34,483 nucleotides of DNA from a virus (lineage: Duplodnaviria > Caudoviricetes): the IMG/VR virus record IMGVR_UViG_3300022917_000020, positions 1 through 34,483 of that record. One strand, 5' to 3'. The position numbers were made by a program, and so were the translations under genes. The notes under the pieces are model-generated. The model saw only the letters and a program-made list of their open reading frames with translations. It did not search any database and had not been told where the DNA came from. Below are positions 18,153 through 24,736 of this stretch, in pieces (position 1 is the first letter of the stretch; each line of letters begins with the position of its first letter).

Positions 18153-18547
18153 CGCTGTCCGCTGGCGCCCCACGGACAGCGGTATGGGTTAATTGTCTGT
18201 AAATATTCACCAATTATTCAGGGGCGAAAATAATTCCCGAATTTATCGATTGATCCGGACCGAAAAAGGTACCTCGAACATCGTTCAGCCCTAATCCACT
18301 GTACTAACTACTACTTTTATTCTTTTATCAATTTATTAAAGGATTATAGTTCTAAGAGGCCACTGCCGTTGCGGCCTAGCCTGCCCTGTGCTAGCGTCCC
18401 ACCGACAGTGCCGTGGCCCGGTGCTCGGCGCCACGGCGTGCGGATGTGAGACGCGATCGATAAAGACCCCCGTTTTAATTCGCAAGTCATTGATAACTAA
18501 GCTTATAGATCGATATTTTATCTATTTCCACCCCAAGGATCGATAAA
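18122..18547. repeat. Five TTTATCGAT / ATCGATAWW motifs in two opposed orientations
   Basis: TTTATCGAT at 18122 and 18242; ATCGATAAA at 18456 and 18539; ATCGATATT at 18509. Confidence 0.7.
18326..18495. promoter_or_regulatory. Two IHF-consensus sites (WATCAANNNNTTR)
   Basis: TATCAATTTATTA at 18326-18338 (+) and TATCAATGACTTG at 18483-18495 (-). Confidence 0.5.
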
Positions 18548-18548
18548 A

Positions 18549-18737
18549 ATGGCTAGAAAATACCGGAAGCGAACAGACGAAGAGAAAGCCCTGGACATGG
18601 TACGGACCGGCAAGCATGAGATAGGCGCGGTAGGTTGGATGCAGGCGAAAGGCTACATTGAGCGGCATCCGAAGACGGGTGAGTGGATACTCAGTGAGGC
18701 AGGCGATACGTGGTTTTCACAGAGTAGACGCCGTTAG
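18549..18737 (+). CDS. Small basic protein, possible winged-helix DNA-binding protein (62 aa)
   Basis: AAGGA RBS; MQAKGYIE....GEWILSEAG resembles a wHTH wing pattern. Confidence 0.5.
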   Translation: MARKYRKRTDEEKALDMVRTGKHEIGAVGWMQAKGYIERHPKTGEWILSEAGDTWFSQSRRR

Positions 18738-18742
18738 CAAAC

Positions 18743-18823
18743 CGTGACGTGCTTCACTTGCCACCAACGTCCCATTGGTGGCAAGCTCCACCCATCACGC
18801 AATCACTGACCAATGAGCAGGAT
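18743..18823 (+). promoter_or_regulatory. Early promoter cassette P1
   Basis: CGTGA-N6-TCACT overlapping TTGCCA-18-CAAGCT, then leader CAATCACTGACCAATGAGCAGGAT. An 11-bp inverted repeat spans -35 to -10. Confidence 0.6.
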
Positions 18824-18830
18824 TCACACC

Positions 18831-18956
18831 ATGAAGACGACAGCCCGCCGATTCATCGCCAATATCCCCTACAACGCCCAGGTATTCTTTACGGACGCCG
18901 AGTTTGATGCGGCTCGCATCATCTATTTGAACCAGATGCGGGTGGCGCGGTCATGA
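18831..18956 (+). CDS. Hypothetical early protein (41 aa, MKTTARRFIANIPYNAQ...)
   Basis: AGGA RBS in the conserved leader; ATGA coupling to the next gene. Confidence 0.6.
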   Translation: MKTTARRFIANIPYNAQVFFTDAEFDAARIIYLNQMRVARS

Positions 18957-19255
18957 ACAAGCGAAACTTCCGCACACAGATGGCGCGCCTCGTCCGTAGC
19001 GTGCGCAATGACATCCGCCCCGAGTACCGCGCCAACGAGGACGACACCGTTCCAGGCATCCAGTTGACCGTGGGCGCCAATCGCAAGGGCTGGAGCTACC
19101 AAACCGGCGACAACAGCTTCACCGGGGGTGCGTACGGCTACGCAGCCTGGGCGGTTGTCAGCGTCTATTCGCGTAGTGACTCCTTCGAGCTGGCCGATAG
19201 CATCATTTCGCAGCTTGAAGAGCAAGGAGCGTTCGACAAGGAGCAGCAGTCATGA
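18953..19255 (+). CDS. Conserved phage early protein (100 aa)
   Basis: IQLTVG...WSYQTGDNSFTGGAYG..W motif looks like a conserved phage family; coupled by overlaps. Confidence 0.7.
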   Translation: MNKRNFRTQMARLVRSVRNDIRPEYRANEDDTVPGIQLTVGANRKGWSYQTGDNSFTGGAYGYAAWAVVSVYSRSDSFELADSIISQLEEQGAFDKEQQS

Positions 19256-19437
19256 GGCTCTACACACTCACCCTGCGGTTCACCAATGGTCACAGTCACA
19301 TGATCGAGACCACGGACCGCAGCTACGTCCAGGACCTGAGCAACGCGGCCTGGGACAGCGTCACGTGCGGCGGGTTCACCGTCTCGTGGCAGGAGCTGCC
19401 CGAGTTCCTGGCGGACCGCGATCGGCAGACCGGCTGA
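19252..19437 (+). CDS. Hypothetical protein (61 aa)
   Basis: AGGAG RBS and ATGA overlap. Confidence 0.6.
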   Translation: MRLYTLTLRFTNGHSHMIETTDRSYVQDLSNAAWDSVTCGGFTVSWQELPEFLADRDRQTG

Positions 19438-19440
19438 GAC

Positions 19441-19521
19441 TGTGACACGCATCACTTGACGCGCACAGCACTAGCCACTACTATCGCCACATAGACTCAA
19501 TCACTGACCAACGAGCAGGAT
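19441..19521 (+). promoter_or_regulatory. Early promoter cassette P2
   Basis: TGTGA-N6-TCACT overlapping TTGACG-17-TACTAT, then leader GACTCAATCACTGACCAACGAGCAGGAT. Confidence 0.75.
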
Positions 19522-19528
19522 GAACCCC

Positions 19529-19726
19529 ATGAGCAGATTTTCCCGATTCTTCCTCACACCCGCTGAACTGATCGTACAGACGGCACGGATGTATCCCGAG
19601 GCCACCGCCACCTGGATGGCTAAAGATAGCGAGCACATCACCTTGCTGACAGTGGCACCGCAAGACGGTGGCGAGAGCGTCGCGTTCATAGACGACTCGG
19701 CTGCAGTCGCGTTCGAGGGGATCTAA
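19529..19726 (+). CDS. Hypothetical protein (65 aa)
   Basis: AGGA RBS 8 nt upstream of the ATG at 19529. Confidence 0.6.
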   Translation: MSRFSRFFLTPAELIVQTARMYPEATATWMAKDSEHITLLTVAPQDGGESVAFIDDSAAVAFEGI

Positions 19727-19941
19727 CGTGAACAACCACATCACCTTGCTGACAGTGGCACCGCAAGACGGTGTCGAAATGAGCGCCCGCGATAAGGCGT
19801 TGATTGCGGCGCTTAACGAGGCAATCACTCTAATGCCCCTGGGCACCAAAAAGCGCGCCGAGTGGCTCGTACGAGCGGCCAAACTTGTCCGTGACGAGGT
19901 GAAGTCACCGTGCACGGGGATCTAACGTGAACAACCACATC
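19634..19941 (+). repeat. Interleaved direct repeats X (37 bp) and Y (26 bp)
   Basis: X = CACATCACCTTGCTGACAGTGGCACCGCAAGACGGTG at 19634 and 19737; Y = GGGGATCTAACGTGAACAACCACATC at 19717 and 19916. Confidence 0.9.
19728..19925 (+). CDS. Hypothetical chimeric protein (65 aa)
   Basis: GGGGA RBS and GTG start within repeat Y. Confidence 0.55.
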   Translation: MNNHITLLTVAPQDGVEMSARDKALIAALNEAITLMPLGTKKRAEWLVRAAKLVRDEVKSPCTGI

Positions 19942-20154
19942 CACTTGTTTTATTACGCTGCGCTATCTGCGGACGCGATCTTCCACGCCGAGTTGAAGGC
20001 CGCTTGCGGGCGCAATGCAGTCCTGCACAGATTCGAGTTCGAGGAACGGCTATTCCCGTACGACACGCCAGCCGTCGCTGTGGCCCGCATGCAGTTCCAC
20101 GAATGCACCCGCGCCTCGCATCTGGCAACCCTGCAGTGGAGGAAGGTCGGGTGA
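19927..20154 (+). CDS. Hypothetical protein (75 aa)
   Basis: Same RBS/start as the previous gene (repeat Y); GTGA coupling to the next. Confidence 0.6.
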   Translation: MNNHIHLFYYAALSADAIFHAELKAACGRNAVLHRFEFEERLFPYDTPAVAVARMQFHECTRASHLATLQWRKVG

Positions 20155-20297
20155 ACTCCGACACGTGCCAACATTGCGCGCGTAGCCTCAAGCTGCGGAA
20201 AGACGGGAAGTTTCCCAATCATAAGACGCGGTTGTCCTTGAGCACGATTCCAAAGTGCAAAGGGTCTGGCCAGCACCCACAGGAGCAGCGACGGTGA
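20151..20297 (+). CDS. Small zinc-finger-like protein (CxxC...H...C)
   Basis: MNSDTCQHCARSLKLRKDGKFPNH...CKGSG; GTGA overlaps. Confidence 0.6.
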   Translation: MNSDTCQHCARSLKLRKDGKFPNHKTRLSLSTIPKCKGSGQHPQEQRR

Positions 20298-20470
20298 CGA
20301 AGCGCATCGCCATAACCCGCAACAAACTGCCCGACAGCGTGTGCCCAGACTGCGGTGCACAAGTGCTCAAGGTAACGTTGCGGGGTGCACTCAGCTATGA
20401 GTGCTGTGCACTGCCGAATTGCCATACCGGACCATGGGACAGCGCAACAAAGAAGGAGCAGCGCAAGTGA
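20294..20470 (+). CDS. Small zinc-ribbon protein
   Basis: AGGAG RBS; CPDCG...CCALPNC. Confidence 0.6.
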   Translation: MTKRIAITRNKLPDSVCPDCGAQVLKVTLRGALSYECCALPNCHTGPWDSATKKEQRK

Positions 20471-20586
20471 GCATTCGCCTCGACATCCGTTTCAACGTTT
20501 TGATAGCTGAAGTCGCCTACTGGCGTTACGTCAACTGTCAGCCCGTGACTATCATGCCCACCCACACCAATTGGAGCTTACTGTGA
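20467..20586 (+). CDS. Hypothetical peptide (39 aa)
   Basis: AAGGAG RBS; GTGA overlaps at both ends. Confidence 0.45.
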   Translation: MSIRLDIRFNVLIAEVAYWRYVNCQPVTIMPTHTNWSLL

Positions 20587-20978
20587 ACCTGAGCAACATG
20601 ACACTACAGGCCATATTCGACCACGTGGCCGCCCACTTGCTGACGCAGAACGCGAAGGCCATCGACGATACCGGCGCGTGCAGGTATCGCGACGGGACAC
20701 GGAAATGTGCCGTGGGCGCGTGTATTGACGACAGCGAATATGAACAGGGCATGGAGGGCGCCACCATAGGTTTGGAGGGTTCAAGCGCGGCCTCTATGGT
20801 TCGGGATGCTCTGGGTATTATGCTCGATGATCCGCGCACCCATTTGTTGTCTGAGTTGCAGCAGATCCATGACAGCTCTCCTGTAGTCCTCTGGCCAAGA
20901 CATTTAAGCGTGATTGCACGCAACGAAGGGTTGTCGAGTGAGGTTGTGACACGGTTCACTTCCCCGCCGAGTGCCTAG
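20583..20978 (+). CDS. Conserved phage protein (QxIFDxVxxHLLTQ...CxYR...KCAVGxxI family)
   Basis: Motif pattern I recognise as widespread among phage early genes; GGAG RBS. Confidence 0.75.
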   Translation: MNLSNMTLQAIFDHVAAHLLTQNAKAIDDTGACRYRDGTRKCAVGACIDDSEYEQGMEGATIGLEGSSAASMVRDALGIMLDDPRTHLLSELQQIHDSSPVVLWPRHLSVIARNEGLSSEVVTRFTSPPSA

Positions 20979-21025
20979 GCACTATACTCCACACATCGAC
21001 TCAATCACTGACCAACGAGCAGGAT
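20945..21025 (+). promoter_or_regulatory. Early promoter cassette P3
   Basis: TGTGA-N6-TCACT overlapping TTCCCC-17-TATACT; palindrome AGTGCCTAGGCACT in the spacer; leader identical to P2. Confidence 0.75.
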
Positions 21026-21031
21026 TTAAAC

Positions 21032-21214
21032 ATGGACCCATTAGCAACACTCCAACTCCTAGAGCGCTCCATTCAAGTGCACGACTACGCTGCGGCCGCA
21101 CAGGCGCTCACAGACTACTTCACAGCGCGTCTGAAAGGCATGAGCGGACCGTTTCAAGGGGATGCACGGGCCGAACAGTTGGGTCACATCCTGGCAGATA
21201 GGCTGGAGGAATAA
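21032..21214 (+). CDS. Hypothetical protein (60 aa, MDPxAxL...family)
   Basis: AGGA RBS in the P3 leader. Confidence 0.65.
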   Translation: MDPLATLQLLERSIQVHDYAAAAQALTDYFTARLKGMSGPFQGDARAEQLGHILADRLEE

Positions 21215-21215
21215 C

Positions 21216-21428
21216 ATGTCACGCGACAACTATCCGTTTCACCGCGAGAGCAACAACCCGACCGCTCCCAGGCACGTAGTCAACGGCCAGCCCAATCACT
21301 ACGGCTGTGATCCCTACAACACTGCGGACGCGCGGGAGCTGCGTCAGCGGCTGTATACGCGGGAGCGGAACGCACCTTCGTGCAACTGGTTCCCCGGCAG
21401 CATCTGCGTACATCCGGAATGTGTATGA
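21216..21428 (+). CDS. Hypothetical protein (70 aa)
   Basis: GGAGG RBS; C-terminal C...C.H..C. Confidence 0.6.
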   Translation: MSRDNYPFHRESNNPTAPRHVVNGQPNHYGCDPYNTADARELRQRLYTRERNAPSCNWFPGSICVHPECV

Positions 21429-21634
21429 GCCTTTCTACTTGGTGGAAGCAGCGTGGCCAACGGGCAGCGGCCCGCGCCTACGCAAAAGGCGTCGAGTTCG
21501 CGACGTGGGCGCTTGAAACACATGAGTACAGCCGTGCCGAGCTGTGGGCGCGATGTGACAACCCTTTCGACCGCACTCCATTCGATCGCGGCATTCAGGC
21601 GTATCTGATACGCACAGAGGAAATGAGCAAATGA
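21425..21634 (+). CDS. Hypothetical protein (69 aa)
   Basis: ATGA overlaps; Y..G..FA...FDRGI pattern. Confidence 0.6.
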   Translation: MSLSTWWKQRGQRAAARAYAKGVEFATWALETHEYSRAELWARCDNPFDRTPFDRGIQAYLIRTEEMSK

Positions 21635-21822
21635 GTCGCCTACAAGGTGAAGCCCCGCTGACGAGCTGGGAGCTGGACAAGGTACGAGGGGACGCGGACC
21701 GCGCGGCCAAGCATCTGTACACAGAGCGCCGTCGCGTAGCGGAGACCAAGGGACTGTCGGCCGCCGCGCAGATCGACATGTGGGGTCGAGTTTACTGGAG
21801 GGCGGGCGATGCGACTGTGTGA
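21631..21822 (+). CDS. Hypothetical protein (63 aa)
   Basis: Coupled ORF in the early operon. Confidence 0.55.
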   Translation: MSRLQGEAPLTSWELDKVRGDADRAAKHLYTERRRVAETKGLSAAAQIDMWGRVYWRAGDATV

Positions 21823-21907
21823 AGCGTTTGTCAGTGGGCTGGTAGCCGCCATCGGATTCGGCGCGGTGTTTGCAGCGGCATACTGTTTATGGAGGGCTTT
21901 CCATTGA
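21809..21907 (+). CDS. Small single-TM membrane peptide (32 aa)
   Basis: GGAGG upstream; MRLCEAFVSGLVAAIGFGAVFAAAYCLWRAFH; stop overlaps the TTG of the next gene. Confidence 0.5.
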   Translation: MRLCEAFVSGLVAAIGFGAVFAAAYCLWRAFH

Positions 21908-22113
21908 GACGACGTGACTATGAGATTCTGTCCAGGGCACTGAAGGCCGTGCGCCCCCTGCGCGGAAGTTATCGCGGTAATGATTGGTACATCGGCTGGC
22001 TGGACGCTGTGGAGTCTATTGCAGACCACATGCAGCAGGAGATTCCAGTTTTCGACCGTCAACTATTCCTACATAACTGCGGAGTTGAACACCCACGCCC
22101 GTGTTCTGAGTGA
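21904..22113 (+). CDS. Conserved phage protein (R.DY..L...IAD......FDR..FL..CG family)
   Basis: GGAGG RBS before TTG 21904; recognisable motif. Confidence 0.65.
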   Translation: MRRRDYEILSRALKAVRPLRGSYRGNDWYIGWLDAVESIADHMQQEIPVFDRQLFLHNCGVEHPRPCSE

Positions 22114-22144
22114 AGTGAAGTGAAGTGAAGTGAAGTGAAGTGAA
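22110..22144 (+). repeat. (GTGAA)7 pentanucleotide microsatellite
   Basis: Seven perfect tandem units beginning at the stop codon of the upstream gene. Confidence 0.95.
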
Positions 22145-22204
22145 CCACAGAGCCCATCGCAGCGGGCTCGATGGTGCATTTCGCACCAATAGGAGGTTAG
22201 ACCT

Positions 22205-22345
22205 ATGTTGATTGACCTTGGCAAAGCGTCAGTGATGACGCAAGGACAGCTAAACCAGTTGTTCATGGAACATGGCAGTCCGCCATTCAACCGCATCAAT
22301 TTTGATGTGTGTTTTCCATGGCATACAGGGTGCCCGCGAGGGTAA
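22205..22345 (+). CDS. Lasso-peptide-precursor-like protein (46 aa), proteobacterial leader type
   Basis: AGGAGGT SD 7 nt upstream of ATG. MLIDLGKASVMTQ|GQLNQLFMEHGSPPFNRINFDVCFPWHTGCPRG: LIDLGxAS leader, Thr(-2), Gly1, Glu9. Confidence 0.7.
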   Translation: MLIDLGKASVMTQGQLNQLFMEHGSPPFNRINFDVCFPWHTGCPRG

Positions 22346-22360
22346 TCAGCTAAACTAACT

Positions 22361-22388
22361 CGGTGCCCCGTCTGAGGGCGGGGCACCG
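22361..22388 (+). promoter_or_regulatory. 12-bp GC-rich hairpin after the precursor-like gene
   Basis: CGGTGCCCCGTC-TGAG-GGCGGGGCACCG with no U-tract. Confidence 0.7.
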
Positions 22389-22406
22389 TCTACTAGGAGG
22401 AATAAC

Positions 22407-22658
22407 ATGTCAGATTTTATGCCAGGAGCCGGTGTCAGGTTGTGGCGCACCATCATCGACGACGCGTTGATGTTCAAGATCGTCGCTTTTCACGGTCGGT
22501 GGCCTGCACCGGTGCGTCGATCTAGATTGATGCGGTACATGCTCAAAGCCAACCGGTATTACGCAGCGTTGGACGCCATCAACGCTGACGATCGCTTGGT
22601 TTGCGGTGAGCCGCAATGTGCGTGGTGTCAACACAACCACATGGAGCAATTCCCATGA
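22407..22658 (+). CDS. Cys-motif protein, paralog 1 (83 aa)
   Basis: AGGAGG RBS; DFMPGAGVRLW...RYYAALDAINADDRLVCGEPQCAWCQ. Confidence 0.7.
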   Translation: MSDFMPGAGVRLWRTIIDDALMFKIVAFHGRWPAPVRRSRLMRYMLKANRYYAALDAINADDRLVCGEPQCAWCQHNHMEQFP

Positions 22659-22885
22659 AACCCGATTTTATGCCAGGAGCCGGTGTCAGACTGTGGTGGA
22701 CCATCAGTCCGTTGTATGCTGAATATGACACCCCCGCGCTCCGCGTCCTAACAGAGCGTGACCCCATCTCGTACTGCCGTTCTGCGCGCTACTACCGTGC
22801 GCTGGACGCCATAAACGCTTACGATCGCTTGCTTTGTGGTTCACCGGGCTGCGCCCTGTGTCAACCTATGGAGCAATTCCCATGA
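22655..22885 (+). CDS. Cys-motif protein, paralog 2 (76 aa)
   Basis: GGAG RBS, ATGA overlap; DFMPGAGVRLW...RYYRALDAINAYDRLLCGSPGCALCQ. Confidence 0.7.
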   Translation: MKPDFMPGAGVRLWWTISPLYAEYDTPALRVLTERDPISYCRSARYYRALDAINAYDRLLCGSPGCALCQPMEQFP

Positions 22886-23115
22886 CACCTCAAGAGTTGG
22901 CTATATGGGCACAGCTCATGTTGGTTGATCAATTGGCCACTGTAGGTCCGGCCTCGCGGGATGACGTACGGACGCGACCCAGCGAGTTTCCTGTCAGCGT
23001 CCGCTACTACAAGGCCATAGACGAGATAGCGGCGGGGCGCCCCCACGAGTGGGTGTTAGACAACACTGCTTGGTTCGCCTATACGGACCGCATACCCCTG
23101 GAGCGGGCATCATGA
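22882..23115 (+). CDS. Hypothetical protein sharing the RYYxAxDxI motif (77 aa)
   Basis: Same duplicated RBS/start junction; RYYKAIDEI. Confidence 0.6.
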   Translation: MTPQELAIWAQLMLVDQLATVGPASRDDVRTRPSEFPVSVRYYKAIDEIAAGRPHEWVLDNTAWFAYTDRIPLERAS

Positions 23116-23306
23116 AGCGCCGCGATGTCCGCTTGCTTCCGCAGACGTTCCCCGCATCCGGCATTGCACCACCGAGCAAGCCACCCGTGGTGAACCCTGA
23201 AACGGTACTGGTGCAGCGAGGCGACTACCTGCACCGGGATGAGCGGCCCGAAGGTTGGGACCGTGCCGATGACTTGGATTTCCTCGAATATTTGGAGGGA
23301 AGATGA
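23112..23306 (+). CDS. Hypothetical protein (64 aa)
   Basis: GGAG RBS, ATGA overlaps. Confidence 0.55.
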   Translation: MKRRDVRLLPQTFPASGIAPPSKPPVVNPETVLVQRGDYLHRDERPEGWDRADDLDFLEYLEGR

Positions 23307-23524
23307 AAATACTCGACTCAGGCTTCGAACCGAACGAGGTGTTAGACGAGCGCACACGTTACGTACACGAGGCGCTCCGCCAATTGCAAGAGGCGTACAA
23401 CAAGGCTGCGCAACCCTATCTGGAGGAGCTGTCCCGGATCAACGCGATTCGTCCACGACGGTACCTCATCCAACTGGAAGAAGGGGAGGCGATGCCGCCC
23501 GGGTATCCGGGGAAGACATTATGA
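23303..23524 (+). CDS. Hypothetical protein (73 aa)
   Basis: GGAGG RBS, ATGA overlaps. Confidence 0.6.
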   Translation: MKILDSGFEPNEVLDERTRYVHEALRQLQEAYNKAAQPYLEELSRINAIRPRRYLIQLEEGEAMPPGYPGKTL

Positions 23525-23694
23525 CACCCTCAGCCTACCACGCGCTCCAACACTACTTGGAGTATGTCAGGTTTACATACCCGGGCGGCTGGATAGCAGT
23601 CCGCGAATTGGATCACAGCGCCGCCTGGTTCTATGAGCCTACAATGGCCCGCATCAACAAACCGATGCAGGCCAAACGTGGACGACTTTACTAA
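23521..23694 (+). CDS. Hypothetical protein (57 aa)
   Basis: ATGA overlap with the upstream gene. Confidence 0.45.
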   Translation: MTPSAYHALQHYLEYVRFTYPGGWIAVRELDHSAAWFYEPTMARINKPMQAKRGRLY

Positions 23695-23845
23695 CCCGAA
23701 AATCGAATATTACATATACATCCAGGCGATGGCTGAAGATCGCATCGCTACGATTCAACAGTTGGAATACCAAGGTTATGTCTACAACTACCGCACTGAC
23801 ATCTGGGAGCACCCTTCCGTCGCCAACGTCGGTGAAGCTGCTTAA
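23678..23845 (+). CDS. Hypothetical protein (55 aa, Tyr-rich)
   Basis: GTG start overlapping the previous ORF; natural-looking sequence. Confidence 0.45.
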   Translation: MDDFTNPKIEYYIYIQAMAEDRIATIQQLEYQGYVYNYRTDIWEHPSVANVGEAA

Positions 23846-24146
23846 CAGAATACTCAGCAAATGCGTGCTGGGTGTCACCTCGTGGGGCGGAATGCCGTGT
23901 TGGGTGTGGACTGCGAGCTGCTGCAATAAGCACTACGCGAAGATAAAGGTCGACGGCGCTGCATGTCGAGCGCACAGGGTCTTGTGGGAACTCGCGACCG
24001 GGCGTAAAATCCGCGATGGCTACACTCTGGACCACAAGTGTCTCAACACCAAGTGCATTCGTCCCGATCATCTCGAAGAAGTCACCCGAAGTGTCAACAC
24101 AGCGCGCGGCAATAAGACACGTAACAGGAGCGGTTACAATGGGTGA
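23832..24146 (+). CDS. HNH endonuclease (HNH_3 type)
   Basis: CWVWT...Y..I......AHRV.WE...G.I..GY.LDHKC.N..C..PDHLEEVT...N..RG. Confidence 0.9.
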   Translation: MKLLNRILSKCVLGVTSWGGMPCWVWTASCCNKHYAKIKVDGAACRAHRVLWELATGRKIRDGYTLDHKCLNTKCIRPDHLEEVTRSVNTARGNKTRNRSGYNG

Positions 24147-24324
24147 GTCGGTCACATCGGATGAGAATACTTCTGACAAGGTCGTGCGGATTATGGCCGC
24201 TATCGATCGTGCAGGGGCGGCACCGCTCCCAATAGCCGCTTGGGTTGAAATGCTGACCGAGATTCAATCGGAGTGTGAGGTACGAATCGTAGCTGCACGG
24301 GAGGACCTGCGACGTGGTAAATAA
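24139..24324 (+). CDS. Hypothetical protein (61 aa)
   Basis: AGGAG RBS. Confidence 0.6.
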   Translation: MGESVTSDENTSDKVVRIMAAIDRAGAAPLPIAAWVEMLTEIQSECEVRIVAAREDLRRGK

Positions 24325-24736
24325 ATCATGGGTGACGTGTTTTCATGGGTCTATTGACACAGAGTGCATAGACTGTGCGCGCGCACGACCTGTTGCGCTC
24401 ACCTCAAATGAGACCGATGATACTTGGGAAAACAACGCCCAGTATCTATTGGAGCGCTGCCCGCACACTATTCGCGTGCGTGAGGGCGGTGGCCCGGAAA
24501 ACCTGATGCATTCCTTCATCCACACGTTTATGGCGATGGAGGAAAAGCTTCGTGGCTCTCACGAGACGGGAGAACGCCGCCCACTCACTGGCCTTCGCCA
24601 AGGGCAAATCGACTTCATCCACGGCGTAACGACCAACGCGGCGTTATCGGGAATGCACAAGGATCAGTTCATGCACGCGGTCAGTCTCGCATGGGATGCA
24701 CGAGTGAACGCTCAGAAAGCCGGAGAACCACGATGA
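24314..24736 (+). CDS. Hypothetical modular protein (140 aa)
   Basis: GGAGGA RBS; N-terminal C.H......C..C. Confidence 0.55.
   Translation: MVNKSWVTCFHGSIDTECIDCARARPVALTSNETDDTWENNAQYLLERCPHTIRVREGGGPENLMHSFIHTFMAMEEKLRGSHETGERRPLTGLRQGQIDFIHGVTTNAALSGMHKDQFMHAVSLAWDARVNAQKAGEPR

Noticed and set aside
22407-22885. Radical SAM or lasso B/C maturases
   Set aside because: Proteins are under 85 aa, the motif is Cx4Cx2C, and no transglutaminase triad or Asn-synthetase motif is present.
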